63,999 bases of DNA, taken from Octopus bimaculoides. Its lineage: Eukaryota. A program made the translations under genes and the position numbers. Every line of letters starts with the position of its first letter. Positions within the stretch are counted from its first letter, which is position 1. The notes beneath the pieces were generated by a model, which saw nothing but the letters and a program-made list of their open reading frames with translations, was not told where the DNA came from and ran no database searches. Positions 23,808 through 37,548 of the stretch are shown piece by piece. The stretch lies in NCBI RefSeq assembly GCF_001194135.2, contig NC_068983.1, forward strand, positions 167,685,529 through 167,749,527, written 5' to 3'.

Positions 23808-26800
23808 AAACTAGAGATCGTGTGTTCGATCTTCAGTGAAGGCCCTTTATAAAGACATTGGAAATTACAGCATTATCTTTGTAAATATTTGTTACAAAGA
23901 TATGAAGAATTAGGCTTAGCAGGCTGTGTCAGCATTTATTTTTATGAGACGAATTTTCGCGTTTAGCTTTCATGTAAATAAACATTGATTGATGCCGATA
24001 TAACACCATAATTCCGACTAATTATTTTAGGAATTTTTCTAATTGTTTCTGACATTCTCTACAAACACTCTGTCGTTGACAAATATCAGCACATGCTTCT
24101 TGTATAGATTTTGCTTCTTAAAACTTAATCATCATCATAATTTAACGTCCGTCGTCCATGCTGGTATGGATAGGACGGTTCGGTAAGATCCTACGTATCA
24201 GAAGTCTGCATTGCGTTCCGCTGTCTGTTCATAAGTATAAATTTGTTGCAAGTACCATTTTACTATCTAAAATATGTCCCACTCTCTTGCAAGAGTTACG
24301 ACTACTAGTTACAAATCCAAACCATTCTCTCCACTCATGCTGAACCTTAAAAACATCCAAATTGCCTTTCATTCTTGCTGTTCATAACAGTGCAAAGCAT
24401 TGATTACAAAAAAAGCTTTGCTCTTTTTTTGATAACAAGATTGATACTCTACCAGTCATAGATGTCTCTCACTAGTATTATTTCTACATCTATAATAAAG
24501 TACTCATCATATTCACCTGTATATGTTGTGGATAATGTCTAAGGGGTAAAATGTTTTGCCTGGTTATGTTTCCAACTGGAAGTCTTTCAACCACGAGTTC
24601 AGTTTCAGTTCACATCTTCTAATGTCTTCTATTGTTGTGGTTCCAAACTGCATTTACCCCTCCTCTACTCAGTCATCTTCTAATCTTTGAATGCTCATAT
24701 TAAACTCAGCCAAGTCCTTCTAATGCATAGCTTATCATTCTTAAAACTCACTTTCTGCTCATGTAAGCAACTACGAACTCTGCCAAAATCCAAACTTTCC
24801 TCAGTACACCAATCTAAGTAGGGTTTTGGTCACCTCTCTTTCCCTGCAAAACTATGTATTTAAACTTAATCCCATGCAGTCATTCATCTGCAGTTTCTGT
24901 TCAATTATTATAAAATAATTATTGATTCATCAATTACCAGTTCCTCTTAATTGTGACATACATTTTTCTTTTTCCCAAAGAAAATTTTAATGAAACGAAT
25001 CCAATCAGGAATTGAAACTAGACCACGGAACTATATTCAAATTTGATTATACCATCAATGTATTATACTCATTTTCCTCAAACAATTAAAGAGTTTGCCT
25101 CCAGAATACAGAAAGCTGGAAAGTTATGCCTATCTTTATAGCTTCCATTCTATCACACTTCAAACAGAAATAATGTTGTCACACTATTTGGCTCATCATT
25201 CTGCAGCCCTGATTTAAGATCATCATTTGAGTGCTGCTATTAACCCACCTGACCAAGACCATTCCTGATTCTATGATACAAGCTTCTTGCTTTAAAGTTA
25301 TCCATGTTAAAACCTTCCATCAAAATTTCATGTTAATTAGTTCTTCAAAGTACCAGCTTAATAATAATGATATTATTATTTTACTAAATATTTCATTGAT
25401 TCCAAGAATGTTTGAAACAAAGGTCGTGTGTGTCAAGAGGAATTTAGTAATTGATGGGTGAATATTATCTTTTACTTGTTTCAGTCAGGCTGTGGTCATG
25501 CTGGAGCACTCTCTCTTGAGTTTTTATTTAAATGAACTGACCCCAGGATGTCTTTCTTTATAAGCCTGGTACTTATTCTATCAGTCTCTTTTGCCTGATA
25601 TAAGTTATAGGGACATAAACACACCAACACACACACAAAGATGCATATACTCAAGTGTATATATACATATACATGCACACACACACACACTCTCACATTA
25701 TATATATACGATGGGCTCCTTTCAGTTTCTGTCTATCAAATCCACTCACAAGGCTTTGGTTGGTTTGAGGCTACAGTAGAAGATATGCCCAAGGTGCCAT
25801 GCAGTGGGACTGAACCCGGAAACAAACTTCTTATCACACAACTGTGCCTACTAAATTCTTCATAGTTTTCAAAATTAAATGAAGCCACAGAAATATAACT
25901 GAAAGATTAATAATGACAATTATACGAAATTTGACATTATTTTCAAAATTAATTGCAACAAAAGCAGTGCATTTCAGTAAAAAATTAATAATGAAAAAGT
26001 TAAATCAAGAAGCTGAAAGTGAACTTGTTCTTTGATTTGTTGTTATTTTTACAGATTTACCATTTTTCAATGTTTTCACTTAATATCTTAATTAGTTTCA
26101 AGCTGGTTAATGAGAGGCAGCAGCAGAAAAGTAGTGAAAATATTCAAACATATCCATCCCCATCTCTGACCTTTATGTTGTCATTACTCCCTCTCCTGTT
26201 CCCTTCCTTGGTCAACATACCTTACTGAGTATTTTCCTCTTTCACCATCTACAAGGCACCCCTGTGCCTTGTACAGGTCAATATCAAGTGAGGTTACCTC
26301 TCTACGCTAAGTGAATCGGGAAAGTGTAGGATTGTGAGGTGTCTTTAGTATTGTTTCACTGAGGACCAGCATTGGTGCCACTCTGTAAAGTGGTTGGAAA
26401 TAGAAAGGGGATTCAACTGAAGAAACCTTGCCAAACAACACTAGTTACTAAGGAGCATTAGCTCATCATCATCATTTAACGTCCGCTTTCCATGCTAGCA
26501 TGGAGCTCCTAATAAGAAATAAATCGGACCATGACAACTCATTCAGCCTGTGCTAACATGGAAAGTAGTGTTGAATAATGATGCTGATTTCAGTGAGTTT
26601 GTGGGATCCATTTGGTGAGATATGTTATTCTGGGCAGATGTAAAACAGGGTTGGAACAAATAATCACAGAGGCAGTGAGTCTTATTATTTTAGAAATATC
26701 AGACTGAGATAACAGAGAAGCCTTACTTTAAGCATGTAATGGAGAACTTCAATTAGAAAGAAACAGAAAAATATTGGATATAGGGTGTCAGAAAAGAAAC

Positions 26801-27419
26801 ATTGAGCAAGCAAAGGATATGGGAATAAATTGTATCAAAAGAACAAGAGGTTTGAAAAGTTTCAAATTGCAAGACACTGAAGGAAATAAACCAAGGCTAT
26901 TGTGGCAGAAGGATTATCAAAATGTTTATGTATCTTGTTTGTCCTTAATGACAATGAAACATTGTGATTGGTTAACGAACAAAGAGAATCATTGAGATAA
27001 GAAAATGAAAACAGAAAAAGGATTAAATTTTTAAAAGTTGATGAATAAAACAAACTTATGGAATATATGTAGATAGCTGTTATGTTGAAAGCATCTTTCT
27101 GGATAGAAAAATGTTAATGAAACACTCAAATTATCAAGAGATTTGTTAATATAATGACTGATATAGTAATATTATTAATTGTCTTTGAAAAAATGTGTAC
27201 TTTATGTACTTTTAACATAGTCAAATAAAGTATGAAGAGTTCTGCAATTTGCTTGAAGCTTTGTTACATGTAAATATTTTAAGAAGACCTTCAAGCCATG
27301 CAGTTGTCAGGTGATGTCAATAAAGGAAGATATTATATCATCTGACATAAGTTGTTTGATGATTCTGTTATATTTTGGAAAAGATTCCTTTTATCAAATA
27401 TAACATAGTAAAATATTCT

Positions 27420-28390
27420 CACCATTTTATGCCTGTTGTCCCTGCTGGTATGGGCTGGACGGCTTGACTAGGCTGGAGGGCTGCACCAAACTCCAGTCTG
27501 ATTTGACATGGTTTTCTACAGTTGGATGCCCTTCCTAACGCCAACCACTCTGAGAGTGAAATGGGTACTATTATGTGTCACTGGCATGGGTGCCATTTGC
27601 ATGACACTGGGGCGCGTTTACGTGTCACTGGCACTGGTGCAGTTTCCGTGACATGGGTATCTGCCACGATTGTGATTTTGCTTGGCTTGATGGGTCTTCT
27701 CAAGCACAACATAAAGCCAAAGGTCTTGGTCATTGCCTCCGTGGGACCCAACACTTGAACTCATCCACTTTGCCTCTGTGAGGCCCAATGTTCAAAAGAT
27801 GTTCTTTACATGCCACCAGCATGAGTGCATTTGGCTTGAAAGTGTCCTCACAAGCACAGCACATTGCCAAAGGTCTCTGTCACCAGTCATTGACTATGAG
27901 GCTCTAAGTTCATAGATCATGCTTCATCACTTCGTCCCATGTCTTCCTAGGTCTACCTCTACCACAGGTTCCCTCCACAGTTAGAAATTGGCACTTCTTT
28001 ATGCAGCTGTCCTCAACCATATGCATCACATGACCATACCAAAGCAGTCTCTCTTGTACACCACATCTGATTCCTCTGGCTAACTTTGCTCTCAAGATGC
28101 TTACACTCTGTCGAACTCACACACTGACATTGCACATCCAGCAAAGCATATTGGCTTCATTTCTTTCAAGCTTACGCATGTCATTGGCTGTTATAGCCCA
28201 TGTTTCACTGCCATACAGCATAGCTGTTTGCACACAGGCATCGTCCAATCTGCCTTTCACTCTGAGAGTGAGGCCTGTTGTTGCCAGCAGGAGCTCTCTG
28301 AACTTTGCCCTGCCTAATCTTATTCTCACAGCTACACTCTTGGAGCATCCACCTCCACTACTAACTTGGTGGCCTAGATAATGGAAGCTA
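27420..28390 (-). mobile_element. RTE LINE 3' fragment with tail
   Basis: Minus strand: KFRELL..LRVKGRLYDACVQTAMLYGSETW...LWYGHVMHM...GRGRPRKTWDEV, followed by the shared 3' UTR. Confidence 0.88.
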
Positions 28391-28716
28391 TTTACTATCT
28401 CTAGCTTGCTAGAGTGTGGAATGTGTGATATAAGGAAACTTTGTCAGTGAAAGAAAATCATTTTCTCGATTTCTTGTGATCAGTAAATATGTTTTGTATA
28501 TCAGGAATTGTCTAAGATGCTTGAGGTTTGTAATAAATTTCCAAAACTTATCATTCAAAATATATCCCCCCCCCCACCACAATTTAGCAATTTATCTAGA
28601 AACTATATTTGCATGACATTTGCTAGTTTTCAGTGATGCATTTGTCACTCATGGAACTTTAATTTTGACTCTGAAAAGCGATTAATTTTCATTATCATTT
28701 TATTGTTTTCTTTCAG

Positions 28717-29261
28717 GAATTGATATTATTAAAGAAATTGGGAGGCAGTCTACTAACCAGACTGTGAAAAGAGTGTCTTTGAGGGCCGTGCAGTTATCTG
28801 AAGGTTTCCATGGTAGAATAAGTCGAAAATCAATGAAAAGTCTTCTGAGGAAATCTAGCAGAACATTTTCTTTATTGTTATATGGTGATATTTCAGCAAG
28901 CGATGGCACTCAAGCCACTTTGATAAGTGTACATTCTGAAGGAAGAGAATTACCATTGTTACAGGTCTTGTTAGACACTTCAAACCAGTCTTTAGTTGTT
29001 CGGTACCAAGGTGAAAGATCTTACCAACGTGTTAATATTCATGGATTCATTCCTATTACATCTGAAGACATTTCTGAAATACAATCACATCCAAAAAGTC
29101 CCTGGGACCAGTTGCTGTTTACTTTCGGTCTTAATGAATTGCGCATTGTGGTTGACTGTTTTCCAGAGAAAATTATTCCTCTTCGTCAGAAAATGGCTAT
29201 TTTTGATGGCCATAAATTATTTTTCTTTGGCCATGATAAAAAGAAGAAGAATTATTTAGAG
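28717..29261 (+). CDS. Exon 2: TSPN / laminin-G-like domain
   Basis: Acceptor TTTCAG|. Open frame GIDIIKEIG...WDQLLFTFGLNELRIVVDC...NYLE, matching the TSPN pattern WxxLxxxxxxxxxxxxVDC. Donor GAG|GTTTGT. Phase 1 to 0. Confidence 0.88.
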
Positions 29262-31770
29262 GTTTGTGCTTGTTTTCTTAGATATTGTGTCTTTGGGTGA
29301 ACTTTGAGTTTTGAACTTTAACCCGTTTGATGGGAATCTGCATGGGACCCACCTGCTTCTAACATTTGGTTTAAAACGACTTCATTTACAACCGGCACCG
29401 AAACTTCATGTTATGTTACTTTTCTAAATTCTTCATTATTTTCAAAATCAATTGAAGCCAAGACTGAATAAAACCAGTCATACCCCAGGTGACAGAAAAC
29501 TTTTAAGTCACCTGAACGAATTATTAATCATACTCATTATTATTATCAATTGGGAGGAATAGTACCCTGTATATAAACTGTTTAATATTTAATTCTGAGT
29601 GGAAAGCCAAAGAAAGGGGAGCCCTTAGGTTTCTTTCTTTTTCATGTTTTTAACGAGTATCATTTGTTTTTAAGGTTCTCAATGAAGAAAAAAAATTTTT
29701 ATTAAATTTTTTTTTTCACTTCACGTTTTGTCTCCATTGCAACTGAATGCTTCTCATTTGTGATAAATGACATTGTATTTAGAAACCCAAGACAGCAGTT
29801 TATGAGAATATACCTTTATTCTTTTACTTGTTTTAGTCATTGTTTTGTGGCCATACAGGAGCACACTGCCTTGCAGGGTTTGTTGACAAATTGACCCCAG
29901 CACCTATTTTAAATCTGAAATGCCAAATCACTAAAAGAGGAAAAAAAAAAAAACAGAACCTGGCACTTCATTAGTGAAGGTTCAAGTTGATCCGATCAGT
30001 GGAACAGCTTGCTTGTGGAATTAATGGCTGAGTACTCCAGACATGCATACCCTTTATGTGGTTCTCAGGGAGATTCAGCATGACACAGAATGTAATAAGA
30101 ATGGTCCTTTGAAATACTAGTACTGCTCATTTCTGCCAGTTGGAGCAATATGAAAACTAAATTGCCAAGTTACAGGGACATAAACAAACTGACACTGGTT
30201 GTTAGCAGTGAGGAGATAAACACAGACATGCACACACACACAGCAGGTTTCTACACAGTTTCCATCTACCAAATTCAGTCACAAGGGATCAGTTGGCCCA
30301 TGTCTATAGTAGAAGACACTTGTCAAAGTTGCTGCATAGTGGGACTGAATGGGAACCCTCTTAACCACACAGCCATGTTTGTGCGTCAAAGAACATGGCA
30401 TTTCCATTTATTCATTCTTATATGCTATTCATTAACAGAGGAGATTTTGAAGCAGCAAGCTGCAAAATCATTAGAATACTGGACAAAATTCCTTGTGGTA
30501 CTTGTTCCATCTCTTTACATTGTGAGTTCAAATTTTGCTGAGATGAACTTTGCCTTTCGTCCTTTCAGGGGTTGATAAAATAAAGTACCAGCCAAGTACT
30601 TGGGGGTCGATGTAATCTACTAACTCCCTTCCCTAAAATTACTTTCTTTGTACTGAAACCAGAAACGTTTATTATCAGAATCTATAAATATCTGCAATTA
30701 GTAACTCTATGAAATAGACACACACCATTTCACAAACCTTTAGACCAAAGTGAAAGTAATTGGAACGGCACTGCAAACATTTCAAAGGGCAGTATAAATA
30801 TATATGGAACTCTTTCAAATTAGTTGCATATCTGGCCTGATTTAACATTTATTAAATAAGACAAAATGACCTTCTTAGAAAGAATCCTTTTTTGAAATAC
30901 TGTAATAACAATCTTACAAATGTTAATTCTAAATGTGAATTCTTCATCATAATCATTATCACCATTTAGCATCCACATTTCTGCTTGCTTGAATCAGAAG
31001 GAATTTACTTCTAAAACCAATTATAAAGTTACCACTAAAGCCTTCTCCTCCCCACTCTCTCTCAAGTTTTTTTGTCAATTTCTGTCGACTAAATCCAATT
31101 TCAAGGCTTTAGTTATCCTGGGGCAATAGCAGAAAACATTTTACCAAGGTTCAATACACTGGTACCAAGTCTGAAATCCTGTGATTTGTTAATCCGAGAA
31201 GAAAGGACAGAAGCCATTGTTGTCTTGATTCTTCTAGTTTGGAGATGTGATATGTTCAGGAAATTAATTTTATTAAAAGTAGGACTGAAATGTTGCCAGT
31301 CAGGCTGGATAATAAAATGGTTTGGGAAGTGATTTCTGGAAAGAAGAACCTTTAGAGAGAGGTCTTAGCAATTGTCTACACTGAGAAATTACTACCAAAC
31401 TACATAAACTACTACACCTATGCACCCAGGTATATACAAATAGGTACATGTATGTGCCTCCTCCTCCTTCCTGACCCAATTCCATTTCCTTCACCTCCCT
31501 GCCCAAACTGATATTTACCATTGACCCACCCTTGTTTGCCATTCACTTTTAATCCATCTCCGTCTCTACCCATCAGCTGTTCCCATTTCACACTCTTGTG
31601 AACTTTGCTTCTTACACACACACTTCCCAATTTCCTTTTCTTCACCTTCTTTTACCTTAAGCATATTCCCTAACCCCTGATCACTACCCTCTCTTTTTCT
31701 CTTTCCAGCTGGGGTAGCCATGTATCTCCTCTATAACAATACTCCTGTTTTTGACCCTCACTCATACCTT

Positions 31771-31818
31771 AGCCACTGGCATTCAGCCACTGGCATTCAG
31801 CCACTGGCATTCAGCCAC
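31771..31818. repeat. 14-bp minisatellite (CAGCCACTGGCATT), about 3 copies
   Basis: Tandem copies visible directly. Confidence 0.8.
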
Positions 31819-32067
31819 CCCTCTCAACACTACATGCCTACTTGATCGAGGGGTCTTGTCTTGAAAGTTATTTGGTAACTTCACTACAGCCCATACTATA
31901 AAAAAGCTCTCAGTATAGTCTGTAAAGTGGTTGATATTAGAAAGGATATCTTGACATGGAAACGATTTCAGAACACAGACAGACAGATCAATATGGTTCT
32001 CTGGCTCAACAAATCCTGTCAAACCATCCAACTCCTGCTAGGATGGAAGATGGATGCTAAGTGATGA

Positions 32068-32114
<47 letters not shown>

Positions 32115-32138
32115 TTAAATGATGATGGTACTTGTGTG

Positions 32139-32217
<79 letters not shown>

Positions 32218-32478
32218 GCACTCTCATCTGTATCACTAACGTTTGGATTTTATGTCAGATATTTATTAAAAAAAAAAAAAAAACTTGTCTACAAATCTCT
32301 GCTTAGATCAGTTGATTAAAAAGAATTGAATTTCTAATTGTAACTATTTTTTGAAAATTTCTAGTCAATAATTAGATAATATTGTTAGGGATTTAGTGAT
32401 TTATTTATTACTTTTTAATAAAAATGTTTGTACTTTACATGTTACTGTTGAAGTTCTATATGTCTGTTTATTCCTCAG

Positions 32479-32545
32479 GGTTTGGTTTATAAGGCAAAAC
32501 TTTACAATCATATTATTAAAGGATTTCCTTGGACTTGTCCCAAAG
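32479..32545 (+). CDS. Exon 3: end of the TSPN domain
   Basis: TTCCTCAG|GLVYKAKLYNHIIKGFPWTCPK G|GTAAG. Phase 0 to 1. Completes the domain with its terminal Cys. Confidence 0.85.
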
Positions 32546-32643
32546 GTAAGGATATTATTTAAAATATTTAATGGCTTCAGAGTGTGAAGAACTGTCTGAT
32601 TGATGATCTGCAATTGGTTGAATCTAGTAGCATGTATATTTGG

Positions 32644-32861
32644 TTAACCCTTTTGATATCAATCTGCCTAGAACTGTCTCTGATTCTTGTGATACAAACT
32701 CCCTGTTTTAAAGAGATGTATGTTAAAACCTTTACCGCAAAATTTCATGTTAATTTATGTTCCAGACATTTGGTTAATAAGAACAAATTTATTTTATTAA
32801 CTTTCATTATTTTAAAAATTAATTGAAACAAAGGCAGAATATTTCAACAGAAAAGAGTTAA
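32644..32861. mobile_element. TTAA-bounded MITE (piggyBac-like)
   Basis: TTAACCCTTT...AAAGAGTTAA ends, about 218 bp. Near-complete copy at 40068-40284; related copies at about 5420-5760, 25240-25430, 25860-26110, 47015-47240 and 54960-55190. Confidence 0.7.
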
Positions 32862-35721
32862 CTCAGAGAAATCATCATTATCATCATTTAGTGTACGTTT
32901 TCCATGCTGGCATGGGTTAGACGATTTGACTGGAATTGGTAAGCTAGATAGCTGTACCAGGCTCTAGTCTGATTTTAGTTTGGTTTCTACAGCTGGATGC
33001 CCTTCCTAATGCCAACCACTCCAAGAGTGTAGTGGGTGCCTTTTACATGTCACCAGCACTGTCCGTGACTACAGTTTCACTTGGCCTGATGTGTCTTCTC
33101 AGTCACAGAAAACTGTCAAACGTCATTCATTATCACCTCTGTGACACCAAACATCTGAAGATTATGCTTCACCAATTTGTCCCATGTCTTCCTGGGTCTA
33201 CCATTTCCACAGGTACCCTCCACAGATATGGACTGGCACGTCTTTATGCAGCTGTCCACATCCATATGCAAGCTGTCCTCATCCAGGCATCAAATGAGAA
33301 TAAAAAGGTAGGGTTAAATAATTGATTGGTTAATAAGAACGGTGAAAAGATGGGAGTTAGAACTGAAATAAATATTTTAAAACTCAATATTCAGGCACAT
33401 TTGTACCTGTGTGGTAAGAAGCTTGCTTCCTAACTACATGGTTCTGGGTTCAGCCCTGCTACATGGCACCTTGGGAAAGTGTCTTCTACTATAGCCTTGG
33501 ACCAACCAAAGCCTTGCGAGTGGGTTCAGTAGATGGAAACTGAAAGAAGCTTGTTGTATAGATCTATGTCTGTGCATGTGTGTCTATGTCTGCGTTTCTA
33601 CTCCACCATTGCTTGACAACTGATGTTGATGTGTTTAGTGAAAAGAAACCGATAAAAGAAGTTCCAGGCTTTAAGAAAAAAATAGTATTGGAGTTGATTC
33701 ATATGACTGAAACGAATCGTAGTTATGGCCAATGCTGGTGGCACATAGAAAGCATCTTTCGAGTGTTGGGCCTCACAGAGGCAATGATGAATAACTGAGT
33801 CCATTATCTCGTGCTTGAGAAGACTCATGAAGCCAAGTAAAATCATGATTGTGGCAGATACCGGTGTTACACAAATGGCACATGAAAGCGCCCATTACAC
33901 TTTCGAAGTGGTTGGCATTAGGAAGGACATCCAGCTATAGAAACTATGCCAGATCAGACTGGAGCCTGGTGCAGCTTCTCCAGCTTGCCAGCCCTGGTCA
34001 AACTGTCCAACCCATGCCAGCATGGACAACAGATGTTCAATGACGATGATGATGATGATTCTATATATGTTGCACTCTTTAGAAGTAATGTAACAAAATT
34101 CTTTACCTGATTTTCACAATAATAATAAGAAGAAGCTTCTTTGTTGTCAGCCAGCATATTGTAATTTCACATAAATTCTTTTGGCAGTAATTAATATAAA
34201 GCAATTACAGAATATTTAATACTGCAGACTTTATTTAGGAACATCTCTTTTCTTTTATATTATTATTTGATTTATTAGATCTTGTTTCTATTGTAGAATT
34301 ATTATTTATTGTTATATTTCTTTGAATGTTATCCATTATTTGATGGCTAAGTCTGGGAGTATACTTTTTCCACTGTGGCTGATATCAGGAAATATTCTTA
34401 CAATTATTATAATTTAGCTTTCATCAAATTTCTTAGTACTTATACAAAATGATGAAAGGGATACTAACCTCTGAAAGGAAAATATTACCTTAAAACAAAC
34501 AAAAAAAAGCAAATTTCTTGTTTGTGTAAATCCTTTCATAACTATTCTGTCATTTACTCTCTATCCCCTTCCCTTGTCTTTATGATTTATTCTCTCTCAC
34601 TCTTGAGTGTGTGTGTGGGGGCATTCCTTTACTCATTGCCTGCCACCAAGCTTAGTATATAGTGCTCTTTCTGCACTTCTCATGTTAACCCTGTTTGTAT
34701 ATCTTATTCTCCCCCCCCCCTCTATATGATGTACAGCATGACTGGAGAAATCAACCAACCAACATTTATATTGGCTGATATTATTATACAGAGATTATTG
34801 GATTTTACTATTGTTTCAGTTTTCTGCAGAAAATAAAACTAAATCAACATTATGACACTGCTCTTGCATGCATGGATTCTATGGGATGGTTTTTATGGTT
34901 AATGTTTATATTAATGTTTATATCATGGGAATATCTGTAAAAATATGTTCTGTGTAGTTTTCCTAGAAATGAGAGAGACCAGCTTAAAATGACTTGTTGC
35001 AAATTTTGAAGGAAGCCATTTGCCAAATGTAGACAGTCTGTTTGACATAATGAGAGAATTTTATTGAATAGGATCTTAAGAGGTTGGTGTTAGCAACATT
35101 ATCTAGCCATAGAAACCATGCCGAATTAGATACTGGAGCAGGATGCAAACCCCTGATTCATCAGATCTTATCAAAGTGGCCAACCCATTCCAACATGGAA
35201 GGTAGATGAGAATTAAATCTGAAACAAAACCCCTAATAACAGCAGCATCTAGCAGGTTTCTACGAGAAATATAAACATATTAAGGATTCTTCAGAGAGAG
35301 ATTTTGATACTTTGTGCACAAATATAAATTATGTAGAACAGTGATTACCAAATACTTTGTTCCACCAATCTCCTGGAACCTATTATTACTGGTCCTTATG
35401 ATATGTCGCCAGAAAAGCAATTTCCTAACCCTACTAAAGAACAATTATACTGGAAACCTTAAAGAGATGTTGAGTTGGTCTTCGTAATTAGATAGAAGTG
35501 AAGGTCATGGTAAGAGGTTGTGTTTGTAAATATGAATGACTCAACACTTAATGTCTCACATTTTCATATAATTATTATTTCAAGCAGCCATATTTTTTAT
35601 AGACACAATGGATTAATTATATTGAATAAACATACATTTTATCATGTTTGTGATATTTAAAAGTGTACTGCATGAGGTAGGAATAATGTTTTAGTTAATA
35701 GTGTTATATGATAACTGTATA

Positions 35722-36000
35722 TCTTAATATATAAAATCCGTTCTGTCTGTTTGTGCACTTATAACTCGAGTATTGTTCATCCAATCGTGCTGAAATTTTA
35801 TAAACATGGATAGATGAGAGAGTGGGGCATTCGCTAATCTAAAAGAATTTTCAAAATCGTTAGTTTCAAAGTGAGAATCGCAATTTTTGTAATCTTTATG
35901 TCCTGTTTGTTCCGCCATTAAAACAACCAGTTGCTCACACAGCTGGCACATACCATTTCGCTAGCAACAAGGGGAGTACAGGACGACAGTCAGCCGAAAC
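35722..36000 (+). mobile_element. Helitron-type non-autonomous 5' fragment
   Basis: Begins TCTTAATATATAAAA followed by a TGTC/TGTT microsatellite; shares the TTAGTTTCAAAGTGAGA segment with about 42465-42482. Confidence 0.5.
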
Positions 36001-36568
36001 TTTCGCTATGCTCTCTCTCTTCTTTCACCTCTTTGTGGGGTTAATAATCTTAATCTTTAGTTACAGTTTCTCATTCAAACTACATAATAGGCAGAATTGT
36101 CAGATTAAGACAGTAGGGTGTTTTGAGGGAGATTTAGCTGCTATTTCTATCAGGTCTTACGTCTGTATTGTTATGTGAGATACTGTCCTATATATATATT
36201 CCTTATGCTTTCCATGCATGGATTCTATGGGATGGTTTTTATGGTTAATGTTTATATTAATGTTTATATCATGGGAATATCTGTAAAAACCCACTCCGAG
36301 AGCGTAGTGGGTGCTTTTACGTGCCACTAGCACGAAGGGTAGTCAGGCGGTACTGGCAACGGCCACGCTCAAAATGGTGTATTTTACGTGCCACCTGCAC
36401 AGAAGCCAGTCCAGTGGCACTGACAATGATCTCGCTCGAATGTCTTTACACATGCCACCGGCACAAGTGCCAGGAAGGCGACGCTGGGCACAGGTGCCAT
36501 CACGATTTCGCTTTCGCTTGCCTCAACAGGTCTTTGCAAGCGGACATATATATATATATATAAATATG

Positions 36569-36599
<31 letters not shown>

Positions 36600-36929
36600 C
36601 ATCATCATCATTATCATCATTGTTGTTTAACGTCTGTTTTCCAATGTGGCATGAGTTGTACGGTTGAATTGAAGACTGCCCAGCCAGAAGCCTTCACCAG
36701 GCTCCAATGTGATCTGGCAAAGTTTCTACAGGTGGATGCCCTTCCTAGCATCAGCCACTCCAAGAATGTAGTGGTTGATTCTATGTGCCACCGGCATGAG
36801 GGCCAGTCAGGTGGTACTGGCAATGACTACACTTGAATGTTGTTTTTCACGTACCACCGGCACATGTGCCAGGAAGGTGACACTGACAATGGTCATGCTT
36901 GAATGGTGCTTATCATCAAGAGGATTAAT

Positions 36930-37478
36930 TGGACCATTCTCTTTTGACGCTACGGTGACTGGTCCCTTTTACTTGACCTTGCTGCAACAATCTGTCATGC
37001 CAAGCATTAGAAAAGACTTTGGAGATGAGGAGTTTTGTTTTCAGCAAGATGGGGCACCTCCATTGCGATGTTAGATCCTTCCTTGATGAGATCTTGCTAA
37101 ACAGGTGGATTGGACGAAGGGATTTCATTGAATACCCTCCACGTTCACCAGACCTCACACCACTTGACACATTTTTATGATTCTACCTAAAAGACAAAGT
37201 CTACGTTATGAAACCTGCAACAGTCACTGATTGGAGAGCAACCATTGAATGAGAATGCACACAAATACCAAAGGAATTGTTTCGTGATGTTTGTGATTCC
37301 ATTGCTTTGCGTTGTCAGCGGTGCCTGGACCAGAACGGACGTCAGTTTGAAAACAGTTGTTGACAAAACAATAAAATGATGTCTGTAGATTCTATTAAAT
37401 TTTGAAAACGAAATGTATTTTAATAAACACCTACTTTACAATTATCTAAAGTGTGTATACATTTTTCTGGACACCCTG
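36930..37478 (+). mobile_element. Tc1/mariner transposase 3' part with right TIR (rosa/DD41D-like)
   Basis: [35 protein letters not shown] motifs; ends TTTTTCTGGACACCCTG-TA. Confidence 0.85.
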
Positions 37479-37499
37479 TACATATTTACATACACTCAA

Positions 37500-37548
<49 letters not shown>

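Noticed and set aside
35335-35512. Coding-looking stretch with a GTAAG donor in intron 3
   Set aside because: All three frames contain stops before the donor. Only an 18-nt micro-exon with a weak acceptor would fit, and nothing supports it.
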